From an uncultured Nitrososphaerales archaeon (GTDB taxonomy: Archaea > Thermoproteota > Nitrososphaeria > Nitrososphaerales > Nitrososphaeraceae), in NCBI GenBank assembly GCA_963713605.1, contig CAVQMO010000001.1, positions 224,001 to 288,000 on the forward strand: 64,000 bases of DNA, written 5' to 3'. The position numbers and the translations under genes were made by a program. The stretch's first letter is position 1, and every line of letters starts with the position of its first letter. This document shows, in pieces, positions 44,421-55,285 of the stretch. Below the pieces are notes generated by a model. That model made no database searches. It had not been told where the DNA came from and was given only the letters and a program-made list of their open reading frames with translations.

Positions 44421-45431
44421 ATGGTCATCGATTCGTTATCTGACACCTTTTACCTTATTACTGCAACAATTGTATCTTTGGTTTCTTTTGGAGTAATTTT
44501 TTTTCTTATGCCTAAATCTATTAGATCATTGAAATTGAAGGGAAAGGTAGTAAAAGACTATCATAAACCTGGAAAATCCGATATACCCAGGCCTGCTGGA
44601 CCAATCTTGTTATTAGGAATAGCATTGGCCGAAGTAATTCTGTATATATTGACACTTAGTGATGCGGTGCTTGCTATCCTACTAACCACTGTGATAGGCT
44701 TTATTGTAGGGATAGTGGACGATATAAGGATAATGCCTGGTTGGTTTAAACCTTTGGCTCTAGTGGCCGCAGCCATTCCACTAATCTTGCTAGGTGCACA
44801 TGGTAACTATCTTAACTTGATCTTTGGTAGCGCGTTTATTCCGATTCTTTACATTCCTTTAATACTCATTATAATACCGGTCGTAGGAAATACTATTAAT
44901 TCAATTGATGTTGTGAATGGCGTAGCAAGTAGTTCGGTGATCATTGCTTTAATACCTATATTAGCAAGTGTTCTGTTATTCGGTAATGTACACGTGTTTT
45001 TGGCCGGATTGCCTCTACTAGCAGGAACCATAGCTTTTTACAACTATCACAGGTACCCCAGCAGGATATTTCCTGGAGACTCTGGCACGTTATTAATGGG
45101 GACAATGCTTGGCGCGATTGCCATAGCCGGTAAATCCGAGATCATTGCTGTGATAGCGCTATTGCCAGCCGTCATGAATTCATTTCTTTTTCTTTCAAGT
45201 ATGAAAAAAATAGTAGAGCACAGAGAAGTAAAAGCTCGTCCCACAATACTAACCGATGATTTCAAATTGATGGCATCAAAGGATAAGAGAGCTCCAGTGA
45301 CTCTTCTAAGACTGATACTTGCAGACGGTCCGTTGACCGAAGAGGAGATTATTAAACAGGTCACAAAGCTCGCAATTTTTTGCTCAGCGCTAGCATTCAT
45401 ATCCATCTACATTCAATCCTTATTCGTATAG
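44421..45431 (+). CDS. UDP-GlcNAc:dolichyl-phosphate GlcNAc-1-P transferase (glycosyltransferase family 4)
   Basis: DYHKP, GIVDD, NTINSIDVVNG and FPGDSG motifs, multi-TM. Confidence 0.9.
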   Translation: MVIDSLSDTFYLITATIVSLVSFGVIFFLMPKSIRSLKLKGKVVKDYHKPGKSDIPRPAGPILLLGIALAEVILYILTLSDAVLAILLTTVIGFIVGIVDDIRIMPGWFKPLALVAAAIPLILLGAHGNYLNLIFGSAFIPILYIPLILIIIPVVGNTINSIDVVNGVASSSVIIALIPILASVLLFGNVHVFLAGLPLLAGTIAFYNYHRYPSRIFPGDSGTLLMGTMLGAIAIAGKSEIIAVIALLPAVMNSFLFLSSMKKIVEHREVKARPTILTDDFKLMASKDKRAPVTLLRLILADGPLTEEEIIKQVTKLAIFCSALAFISIYIQSLFV

Positions 45432-45444
45432 AAGGAGTTTAGGA

Positions 45445-45675
45445 TTGGCTATACATGGGCTATTGGGATTTATTGTAGTAATGTGGACAATAGTCCTATC
45501 GGCGTGCGGATTTTTGATTATATTTGTTGCGCCACTGGATAGCTTGCTTGGTATCCAAAATAGGATAATAACTTCATTGATTCAAGCTTCGATAGCAATC
45601 CTGTTAGTTATTGGACTCGTTATGGTTTTAGACCGTATCAAGAAATTGTATACCATGAGAAAACTCAAGATATGA
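45445..45675 (+). CDS. Small two-TM protein
   Basis: Hydrophobic ORF directly downstream of the GPT gene, with a GGAG upstream. Confidence 0.7.
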   Translation: MAIHGLLGFIVVMWTIVLSACGFLIIFVAPLDSLLGIQNRIITSLIQASIAILLVIGLVMVLDRIKKLYTMRKLKI

Positions 45676-46076
45676 ATATTCCAAAACCCATGTAACTTGA
45701 AGTTTGGCCTCCTAGAAACTTTCAGTTAGTCTCCTCAGCAGATCTTAAGATAATGAAACATATGCTCAGATGTAGGGTCTGGGTAGGAAATTCTAAAACG
45801 ATTATTACAATCATTACCATACGATAAACAAGGAAAATAGGCATGAGATGCAAAGTATGGTATCAGATACTACACCATAATTCTTGAATCATAACCTGTA
45901 TGGAAATCTGTAAACATAGATTGTCCGATTTATTAAGCAATGTATGCATCTACAGATGGTTATAACTACGATTGACAAGTACTGGTTTGAAAACACAAAA
46001 TTTCACTGAGCAAACGTACCACCGGATCACCTAACTCTTGCACTCTCACAATTCTTGTTTATAAAGACCTCCGAGC

Positions 46077-46472
46077 TTATACTTGCTTCGTACCGCATGA
46101 TTTGCAGAATTTGGAATTTATACTTAAATTGGCACCACAGTTGATACAATGTTTTCCCTCTTTAACCTGTCTAACGCCGGGCTTATTGTCTCCTCCTATA
46201 TTTGATATGCCCGTCCCGTACATCTCAGTAACAGCTCCCGAGGGTCTAAAAGTATCATCAATGTCCGGTTCAGTATTCTCGCTCAACGGATCAGACTTCT
46301 TCTCTTGGAGAAAGAGGGTCAACCTAGGCACAGTTTCATGACTATCCGGCGAGGTAACTTGTTCCCCTAACCAGAGTGCAAATTTCTTCAGAGTCATCTC
46401 GGGAGTAGAAAAAGTAAGTGAATGAGTTGACATATATTCCTCAGTAGCCGTTCGGGCATTGAACAGTTTCAT
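46077..46472 (-). CDS. Zinc-ribbon domain protein
   Basis: C-terminal CINCG...KFCKSCG. Confidence 0.85.
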   Translation of the reverse strand: MKLFNARTATEEYMSTHSLTFSTPEMTLKKFALWLGEQVTSPDSHETVPRLTLFLQEKKSDPLSENTEPDIDDTFRPSGAVTEMYGTGISNIGGDNKPGVRQVKEGKHCINCGANLSINSKFCKSCGTKQV

Positions 46473-46682
46473 TACTATGAACTTCCACTAGTAACGCTTT
46501 TAATTATTACGTCCTTCAGCTACTGTGATTAGGCAAATCAGCTCATCGGAATAAGACTGGGTTGATAAGAATCCAAAGCTGGCGATGCGCAAACCAAACA
46601 ACCTAATAATCTTTCCCGTCCCGCAACTTAAGTATTTAAATAAGACGTTATAGAATTCCCATGTATTCTGAAGCTGATTATT

Positions 46683-47171
46683 ATGAAATGGACCAAAAAT
46701 GAAAGGTTTCCTAATGATAAAGTTGGAACAATAAAGGATGAGATTTCCGACAAGGTGAAGGGAGTAGGAGCACGTCTTGAAGGATTCGTTTCAGATGAAC
46801 CCAGAGGCGACGAGAGCGAAGATTCAAAACGAATAGGTAAAGACGATATTGTTGGGAGTCAGCATTTACCTAAAAAAGTCGTAACAGGTACTGATAAGAC
46901 AAATCACGGTACGGTAGAAGGAGAATCAATGATACTTGACAATGACATTGTTTCAACCCCCGAAACTATAGGTGAAAATATCGTAAGCCAAGCCGTAGCG
47001 AACACTAGTACTTCTGGATATACTCCTTTAGAAATAGGATCCCTTAAGATAGAGAGGAATTCTTACTATAGTCACTTTTTCTCCTTGACTCCTGTACTTG
47101 TGACGAATCGTGGATGTATTCAGGTTAGCGGTAAGAACTTTGACTATATCCAAATAATCCAACGTAATTGA
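46683..47171 (+). CDS. Hypothetical protein
   Basis: 162-aa ORF with a charged N-terminus. The 3' part may be out of frame. Confidence 0.5.
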   Translation: MKWTKNERFPNDKVGTIKDEISDKVKGVGARLEGFVSDEPRGDESEDSKRIGKDDIVGSQHLPKKVVTGTDKTNHGTVEGESMILDNDIVSTPETIGENIVSQAVANTSTSGYTPLEIGSLKIERNSYYSHFFSLTPVLVTNRGCIQVSGKNFDYIQIIQRN

Positions 47172-47351
47172 AATATTCCATATGAGCTTGGCGGGCCAAT
47201 CGTTCTGAGATTTACTGTGTTCTCTCCGACCGTTTTCCTGTTAGGTTATTACTTGTTATCTGAAGTATCGTGGGAGAACCCTACAATATGAATATTTTTA
47301 ATTTCCGTCGCAAACACTCATCTACTTAGTCAGAATCTTCATATCCTAAGT

Positions 47352-47579
47352 TCAGGGTAAGGGGCTAATCCATTCGCATTTCATGTCGAACTTTGAATGA
47401 TGCTTTTCTACTGCATATTTGGCCGCACCGCGTTTTAACAAACAAAACACCATACCTCAGTTCACGACATAGAATTTATTGATATTCTTAACTCCGAATT
47501 CATCAATGGGTTTCTTTTGACTCTTCTTGAGGTCATCTGTACATCTGTCCATTGAATGATAGTCTATAAACGTAGGCAT
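47352..47579 (-). pseudogene. DUF4242/SCO4226-like small protein with in-frame TGA
   Basis: MPTFIDYHSM...DEFGVK...FY..N*GMVFCLL...AVEKHH...CEWI. TGA at 47457-47459. Absent from the ORF track. Confidence 0.65.
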
Positions 47580-47776
47580 CTGTGACGATGTATTCACTTA
47601 CTCTAAGAAATAAGGATTTGAGTCTTGGAAAATAAGGTTTCCTGATTAGAGTTTTTGCGCGAGAGTATCTATGTTGAAGATTGCTAATGGCCGTGAAGAA
47701 ATTTCATGATATGATAACAGGCCACGTCTAGATACAAAACATAGGCAGAGGTCTTTGTAGAGATCTAAGACTACAG

Positions 47777-47851
47777 TGGAGGGGATGGGATTCGAACCCA
47801 TGACCACCTGCGTGTAAGGCAGGTATCCTAACCAGTCTAGACAACCCCTCC
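47777..47851 (-). tRNA. tRNA-Val(TAC)
   Basis: Acceptor GGAGGGG/CCCCTCC, anticodon arm CCTGC-CTTACAC-GCAGG, T-loop TTCGAAT. Confidence 0.96.
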
Positions 47852-48016
47852 TCTAATGCCTTAGATGCACTTCAAGTCCATTATTCAATATTAATGTGTT
47901 TTATGGAGCCTTGCAATATCTGACCAATAAGATGACGTGGCATTTGACTGGCATAATGAAAAATGTATCGGCGGCGTCAATAGGATATATTAGTCCTAGA
48001 AAATAGGTGTATTGTA

Positions 48017-48434
48017 ATGTCGAAAGGTTCTTCTAAGGGCAATCTAGCCGAACTAGGAGAGCAGCTCAAGCAGGTATTAGAAGGCGTGCAGGATAAGTAT
48101 GAATCATTCATCGACGATGCTCAGCTTTACAAGAAAGGTAAGATTGACGATGTTAATTTTTTTTACAAGTTAAGCGAATATCTACTAGAATCTCACCAAA
48201 GTAAACTTTTTGGAGGCACGGTTTGTTCTTGAGTTAAAGAGCATCTTGGAAAGTAAAGGGGGTAAGCGGCAAGTAGAGACACATCAGATGAGCGTTTCAG
48301 ATAGAATCCCTGTCCCGAGTATATCTAACGAAGACAGATCAGAAAGCCCACTCAAACGGACCTGCAATAGTTGTGGTGCAGAAGTTAACTCTACGGCGAA
48401 ATTTTGCAGGTCATGTGGAAAATCGCAAGTGTAG
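48017..48434 (+). CDS. Zinc-ribbon domain protein (frameshift near 48195)
   Basis: Helical N-terminal ORF overlapping an ORF ending CNSCG...KFCRSCG. Confidence 0.72.
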
Positions 48435-48509
48435 TAAGAATTATCTCTCCATTCTAGCCACAAAAAGCCCATCTTACTCCCGATTCGTGTGTGGTCGGGA
48501 TTGGAATTA

Positions 48510-48809
48510 TTATGTATTATTTTTTTTCCTACGGTCCCCGAATTTCAATTCTACACCCCTTCGTTCAGTAATATCAAAAGTAAATGATTCGTTATCAAGA
48601 ATTGGGAAACTCGAAATAAGTGATTCGTCGCATGCAATACATCCATTTTCTATGACATTCAATCTTGACTTGTCAATAAACGTCGCAGCCCAATGACAAT
48701 TGTCACAGAGCACAAAAATGGCTTCATTTGCCTTTCGATTTGTTTCATTGTTTGTCGAAGCTAGAACCTTTGACGTAGAGGGCGTGGTGCTTTCAGTTGA
48801 ACCATTCAT
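48510..48809 (-). CDS. Small zinc-binding hypothetical protein
   Basis: LCDNCHWAAT...CIAC...RGVELKF. Confidence 0.75.
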   Translation of the reverse strand: MNGSTESTTPSTSKVLASTNNETNRKANEAIFVLCDNCHWAATFIDKSRLNVIENGCIACDESLISSFPILDNESFTFDITERRGVELKFGDRRKKNNT

Positions 48810-48973
48810 GCTAATCCAAATTCACGCATTTTAACACATATGAACAATATAAATTCTGTTATAAAGAATCTAGCTAGAATCTTGACGTCACTAATACTGA
48901 CTAATCCTCATCGCATGGAAATAGGTCTTATTCGCATATTGCTAAATTAAGTCGGAACTGCAAATCAATTACT

Positions 48974-50948
48974 TTATGATAGACTTTGTTCCAATTTCCT
49001 TTCAAGAATGGAACTTACCGTTTTTCCATCTACTCTGCCTCTAAGTAATGACATACTCCTGCCCATTAGCGTTCCCAACGAATCCCTCCCTTTTTGTTTA
49101 ATCAAACCCATGTTATCGATGATAATCTTGTTTATGATTTCATTTAGTTCACTCTCGCTTACTTGTGTAAGACCCAGAATTTGAATCGCCTGTTTTACAT
49201 CGTCGAGATCCTTCGTTAGCATGGTCTCAAGTATCACTGGAATCGATTCTTTCGCTATCTCGCCTCCATCAAGCATTTGAAATGCTGTTTTAATCGACTT
49301 GTCGGAAAGTCTCTCCGGATTCAAGCCCTTCCTCCTTATGCTAGTGAGATCCTCGGTTATCTTTGAGGCAACGAAAGTTGGCTGTACCTTTGTACTTTTG
49401 ACTATGTCTTCAAAGAGTTTCAGGCGATCAGAGTCAAAGATCTCAAGGGCCAGTTTACGGTTCAGGCGATATCTTTGCATTATATCCTTTATGTAACTTT
49501 CAAATGATTTAGGTACGGAGCCTTTCAATGAATCCAAAATCAAATCATCTGTTTTTATGGGAAGGACATCCGTCTCAGGATACATCCGGCTGGACCCAGG
49601 TCTCGGTCTTATGAAAATCGTTTTCCCATCTAGCGTCGCTGCCCTCGTTTCAGGTACAACACCTTGCGTTGCCTTGCCCAACCTCTGTAGAATTGCATCA
49701 ATGGCGAATTGAACCCTATCCCTGTCTCCGCCAATCAAAATAAACGCATCACATCCGCTTGTCATATTCAATTTTTCCTTGATTGCTGCCAACTTCGGAC
49801 TCTGTTATTCCATAGTTAGGCAGTTCATCAGAATGAAAAATTCCGCCTAGCCCATAGAATCTTACTATTTCCGCTAACTGTCTGCCCAGCCTCACCCCCA
49901 CATAAGGCTCGTATCCTAAGATTCCATCGAATCCCTCTGCTTTTATCGCCATAAATTGTGTATCTTCTCTCTCTAAAATCCGGACTACTGCCTTAGAGGA
50001 GGAGCGTCCTAAAATGTCAGTTGCATCTTCTACCGTAAATTCTTGAATACCATATTTATTGTATTTCGGGGCGTGAGAGGTACGTCTTCGAGTCAATTCA
50101 GCTGCGATCTGGATCAAGCCAAGTTGTCTTGTTGTTTCAAATTCTATAACGTTAATGAGCTGATCTAGTTGTTGTATCCCTTTAATTTCTACAACTGATC
50201 CTCCGTTGACCGAGACATTGATATCTTGCCTTATAGTACCTATGCCTCTCTCTACTCTTTTGCTAGCTCTAAGCAGCCTTCCTAATGTTACCGCAACTTG
50301 TAACACATCTTGCGGAGTTCCACTTATAGGTTCAAGAGCTACCTCAACCAATGGAGTGCCTAACCTGTCTAAGGAGTAATCTCTAGCGATATTATCGTCG
50401 GAAAGGAGTCGAGCCGCATCCTCTTCCAGGCATACGCTTTGTACTCCTACCTTCTTGTCTCCTTCTATTTCGAGGTACCCTCCTGTGCCAATTAACATAG
50501 TCCGTTGAAATCCTGTCGTATTGGATCCGTCGATCACAATTTTTCTCATAACATGAATCTCGTCAACTACTTTAGAATGGAGCGCCAAAGCAAGTATAAG
50601 TGCTGTTTCGAGAGACTCCTTATCAACAGAATGGGGTGGTTCTTCATCAGCCTCAACCAAACAACTCGTGAAGGGATGACTGTGATATCTTATAGATTTC
50701 ATCTTAGTAGCTTCGAAGAGGGCTGCTGGATCGTACCCACCTAGCTCACTATATGCAGGTCTCAGTTTACGCATAAATGTTAGGGTTGAGTACTCAGCGG
50801 CTTTGTTACTGCATTCACAGAATAGCTTACTCTGAGAAGCCAATTGTTGATGTATCTCCAAGCCTACCATTACACTGGCTCCTGAAATTTTTGGGTCCAG
50901 TTCTGGCAGGGAATACTTTGAACTAGTCCTAGATGCTTTGCTTATCAA
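48974..50948 (-). CDS. gatE: Glu-tRNA(Gln) amidotransferase subunit E (frameshift near 49790)
   Basis: GLEIHQQL, DGSNTTGFQRT, LDRLGTPL and GIFHSDELP, then PETR and RMYPETD. Confidence 0.95.
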
Positions 50949-50953
50949 ACTCG

Positions 50954-52370
50954 CTAATCCTTCCCATAATATAACAATCGCCTATTCATCGGAGACATTA
51001 AAGATATTTCATTTGCTACGTTTCTTTCCATCATTCTTGCAGCCTCTACATTGTCATGCGAGTTTGCCATTACCCACATTGCCTTTACCACAGCTGTCTC
51101 TGAAGTCATATCTTCGAGAGGCAAAACCCCCAATTCGATCAAATCTCTGCCCGTGTCATATACTTTCATATTTGTTCTTCCCCAAATACATTGAGATGTC
51201 ATGAATATCAACACACCAGATTTGATGGCTTTTAAGATCTCGGGGAAGAATTTTCTCCCTACGTGTCCTAATCCCGTTCCTTCAAGAACGATTGCTCGAC
51301 AGCCAGACTTGGCTGCATACCCAAATAGATTTGGATCTATTCCTGGATAGTATTTTATGAGGGTAACCCTTGGATCAAATTTCGACTCGACTTCGAAATT
51401 ATTCTCGATCCTTTTAGAGATATTTGCACCGTAATTATTAAGACGATTTGGAATATCCATGTTAACAAATTGTGACTCTATCTTCACCTCTGCATTTTTC
51501 ACTGTGGCGATAGGCAACCTGTCTATTGATTCAAATGCATCTCGACGGCTTGTATGGTTCTTCCTAACCCTTGTTCCCAAATGACAGGAGATAAAGTCAT
51601 CGGAAGTACTTCCGTGCATCGCAACAAATACTCCAGCATAAGGAGATTTTATCGCGAAGATCGTGGCACCTATCAGATTAAGGGCTCCGTCGGAAGAGGG
51701 TCTATCAGACGATCTTTGAGATCCAACTAGAACAACTGGAATAGGGAGATTGTGAAGAGCAAAACTCAGGGCAGCAGCTGTATAATGCATCGTATCAGTA
51801 CCATGTGAGACCACTATACCCCGATAGCCTCCACTCCTTACTTTCTCAGCGATCTTGTTGGAAATCTGAGTCCAATGATGAGGTTCCAGATTTTCACTAT
51901 ATTCATTGAACATGAAATCAGCATCTATGGACGCGTATTTTCTGAGTTCAGGTACTGCATCATAGATCTCTGACGCAGACAATGCGAGCACTTACTCCTC
52001 CTGTCCGATAATCTACTTTGCTGGCTATAGTGCCACCGGTGCCAATAAGTGCGATTTTATGAACAGGCATCAAGCCTTCTTTCTCCATTTGTATCCTTGG
52101 CTTGGTAGTATCTACAAGATTTGTAGCACGTCCCAAATTGTATTCAGATTTACAGATAGACTTTACCTTAGAAGTTGAAATTCCTAGATTATATCCGCTC
52201 TTTAATTTTAGGACAACATGTTTCTTGTCCATTGATGCATATCTAGGCATAAGAGTACCTTGAAATGTATCTCCACTAAGGGTAGTTACCACTACCCAGT
52301 CTCCAGTTGAAACATTTTTGTTATTCATTTCATGCTTAGAATCGGGTACATTTTTTTTTAGGTCCCTCAA
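50954..52370 (-). CDS. gatD: Glu-tRNA(Gln) amidotransferase subunit D (frameshift near 51988)
   Basis: LKLKSGYNLG, TGGTIAS, HGTDT, SQRSSDRPSSD and GTGLGH motifs. Confidence 0.95.
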
Positions 52371-52696
52371 CGTATTTTACCCACAACGATTTGAGGTAAT
52401 TTCTTTATTTTAAAGGGTATTAATTGTTTGGGGAATGCTCAACAGAGGTGTGCAGACCGTACTCGACATTCTTGGCTGCGTCTTTCAGATATGAGTTGGG
52501 ATGTCCCCACAGAGAAAAATGATCCACGTACGAGGGTCTAGACTTAAACTGAATCTGAGTTATTTTTAAATCAGAAAAATGAGCGATCATTAGATCATGA
52601 ATGCTTCATTCTGAATTAAGAGGCCACGCTGTATTATTTAATGTCCAATGGACGTGTAAATCACGTCTCATCTCTCTGAAATCATCAACTTCCAAT

Positions 52697-53095
52697 CTAA
52701 TCTTGAATAATCTTGATGCTTCTGACTTCAAACAACTCAAGTATTGCGTTTTCTATATCTCTTGTCGTAATTTTTCCATAGTCCCATGCATCGACGAATT
52801 CCTTGAATTGTTTCTCGAGGCCAAGAGCTATATCTTGGAAGTCTATCATCTCATTTGAGGTAATTGGAAGCTTATATCCTTTGGCGATCATTATCGGACA
52901 CCTCTGGTCACCTCCTATTGGAAAATACCAAGCATTCTTTGCAAACTCATATGATCCTGTTGAAATCACATTGTACATGCGCATAAGCTCTTCATTTGTC
53001 AGCTTGTTTAGATCATCGAACCAAGGTCCATATGGAATTCCTGGCTGTCTATTCTTCGCTACTACAACCTTTTCCATCTTGCGAGCAGGAAACAA
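52697..53095 (-). CDS. Hypothetical protein
   Basis: 132-aa globular ORF with no recognised motif. Confidence 0.7.
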   Translation of the reverse strand: MFPARKMEKVVVAKNRQPGIPYGPWFDDLNKLTNEELMRMYNVISTGSYEFAKNAWYFPIGGDQRCPIMIAKGYKLPITSNEMIDFQDIALGLEKQFKEFVDAWDYGKITTRDIENAILELFEVRSIKIIQD

Positions 53096-53194
53096 TGATT
53101 ATAATAGGCCGTTGACATATTAAAGTAAATTGTTTTACTTGCTATATTTTTGAATTTCCTTTAAATTGGACTTTCATCTACGGGGTAATACGCT

Positions 53195-53758
53195 ATGGCA
53201 GTTGTAAGAGGAATTCTTGTGGGAAGGTTCCAACCATTCCACTTGGGCCATTTAAAGGCTGTGAGAGATGCGTCTATAGAAGTAGACGAATTGGTAATAG
53301 TGATCGGAAGTTCTCAAAGGAGCCATGAATTTAGAAATCCATTTACAGCTGGTGAACGTATAGAGATGATCAGGGAGACTCTAATTGCAGAGCAAAAAAT
53401 TGATGAACATAGGGTTATGTTGATTCCAGTTCCAGATACCAATATTCATTATCTCTGGACATATCAGATGGATCTACTTGTACCACGATATGACAGGGTT
53501 TATACAAATGATCCCTTTACCAAATACCTCTTCACCGAGAGGGGGGTAAGCGTAGTGCAGCCACGATTACATAAGAGAAGAGTCTTGTCAGCCACTCAAG
53601 TTCGACGTCGAATGGCGATGGACAGGGACTGGCAAAGCTTAGTCCCCCCCAGAACGGCTGAATTCATAGCAAAGATAAATGGTGCGAAACGAATCAAATC
53701 TTTATTTCAAAAACATGAATTGAATTCTCAGATTTACAAACATCAGCACGAGTACTAA
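53195..53758 (+). CDS. nadM: Nicotinamide-nucleotide adenylyltransferase
   Basis: GRFQPFHLGH, NPFTAGER and SATQVR motifs. Confidence 0.93.
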   Translation: MAVVRGILVGRFQPFHLGHLKAVRDASIEVDELVIVIGSSQRSHEFRNPFTAGERIEMIRETLIAEQKIDEHRVMLIPVPDTNIHYLWTYQMDLLVPRYDRVYTNDPFTKYLFTERGVSVVQPRLHKRRVLSATQVRRRMAMDRDWQSLVPPRTAEFIAKINGAKRIKSLFQKHELNSQIYKHQHEY

Positions 53759-54104
53759 ATTAGGGGAAGGAGTTTCTATCCTAAACCACATTTCAGTGTA
53801 ATATGAATGCATGTCGTGGTCAGAAGCTCCTGATATCTGTTTCCGAGTCCCCACATCCTATCAGATAGATAGATTGACGTCTGACGGTAGTTTGATCTTT
53901 TGTTCGAAATAGCGGACCGCATTCAAAGGATTTAATGAGTCGATTCTAGCTTGGGAACAAGAAAATTGAACGTTCTCCTGTGACAAAAACTAACGACATC
54001 TCTCGAAGTGCACAAATCTTAGTCTATTTACAGTCCATATTTCACGAGCCATTTTGACTGCATCATTTCTGTGAGAGAATATCGGCGGAAATATAAGCAA
54101 TGAT

Positions 54105-55223
54105 CTAGAAAGAATTTATAACTACGCGTAAGCCCAAAAATCCTTCAGTAATTTCAAGCGCCTTGTATATTTCGTCGAGCTTACATCGATGAGTAATGAT
54201 CGAGGAAAGGTTAATCCCGTGCTTTTCAGCGGCAAGTTCAATTGATTCGTGAATCAATTTGGGCGTAGCGCTGAAACTTCCAATAAGAGCAATCTGATTA
54301 TAGTGAACCCAGTTTGGATCCAGTCGAGAACTCTGATGCCTCGGCATCCCTGCGAAGATATTGATAATAGAATTCTTTGAGGCGATTCCAGCAGCTACCT
54401 CGAACGCGTCAGGATTTGGAGTGGCAATTATCGATACATCTGCTCCTTTTCCTTCAGTTACGTCTAATACCTCTTTGATAGCAGAGGTCGGTGAGCTTTC
54501 ATTCTCTTCGAGCTCGATCACAAAATCGGCCCCCATCCGTCTTGCAGCTTCCAATCGATGATTTATTCGTCCGATAACTATCACCTTAGCACCATATAGA
54601 TCTTTTGCTAGCTGTAAGTGAATGAGCCCTATTGGTCCATCTCCAAGTATCACTAAAGTTTTATCTTCCAATCGACCATTAACGAAAGAGTTAATGCGCT
54701 TAAAGCCATTAAGGCAGCATGCGAGAGGCTCAATCAATGTCGATTCTTCATTGGTAAGAGAATTAGGGAGTGGAATGAGTCCTCCGATTTTCAGAGTATT
54801 GCTTGGAATGCGTACGAATTCGGCAAATCCTCCATCAATAGAAGATCCAATTTCTCCTAGGTTATTGCATAAATTGTATTGTCTGCTATCACAATACAGA
54901 CAATTTAAACAAGGTACAACAGGTGAAAGTACCACTCGTGTACCTTCAACTAGATCGAGTTGGGAAACATCCCCATCTGGATGAGAATGTGGTATTGAAG
55001 TAATGGGAGGTTCTACGAGTTCCCCACAAATCTCATGCCCGAGGACAACGGGTGCCCTGACTTTGACATGTCCATTTCTATAAACGTTCACATCATATCC
55101 GCAAACTGCACATGCATTCATCCTCAACAAAATCCCTCTCCGTTGATCATGACCGGAGGGATATCCATGATCCCTTTCTTCTAATGAAATATTATTTGGA
55201 GAGTAGAAAACCGCAGCACGCAT
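54105..55223 (-). CDS. Zinc-dependent alcohol/sugar dehydrogenase (MDR family)
   Basis: CAVCGYD, GHE, CLNCLYC...C, EPLAC and GDGPIG motifs. Confidence 0.9.
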   Translation of the reverse strand: MRAAVFYSPNNISLEERDHGYPSGHDQRRGILLRMNACAVCGYDVNVYRNGHVKVRAPVVLGHEICGELVEPPITSIPHSHPDGDVSQLDLVEGTRVVLSPVVPCLNCLYCDSRQYNLCNNLGEIGSSIDGGFAEFVRIPSNTLKIGGLIPLPNSLTNEESTLIEPLACCLNGFKRINSFVNGRLEDKTLVILGDGPIGLIHLQLAKDLYGAKVIVIGRINHRLEAARRMGADFVIELEENESSPTSAIKEVLDVTEGKGADVSIIATPNPDAFEVAAGIASKNSIINIFAGMPRHQSSRLDPNWVHYNQIALIGSFSATPKLIHESIELAAEKHGINLSSIITHRCKLDEIYKALEITEGFLGLRVVINSF

Positions 55224-55285
55224 GTTGTAGATTTTGATGATGAACAAATCTGGTAATATAAAAGTTCGTGGTTATGGCGACATCA

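Noticed and set aside
47457..47459. Selenocysteine codon
   Set aside because: No SECIS or Sec genes are seen, and the context is not a redox Cys position.
13577..47851. Integrated element at a tRNA
   Set aside because: No duplicated tRNA 3' end, integrase or transposase was seen in the window.
48974..52370. Programmed frameshifting or true pseudogenes in gatD and gatE
   Set aside because: No slippery motifs at the breakpoints, and the same +1 indel pattern occurs in many unrelated genes, so sequencing error is more likely.
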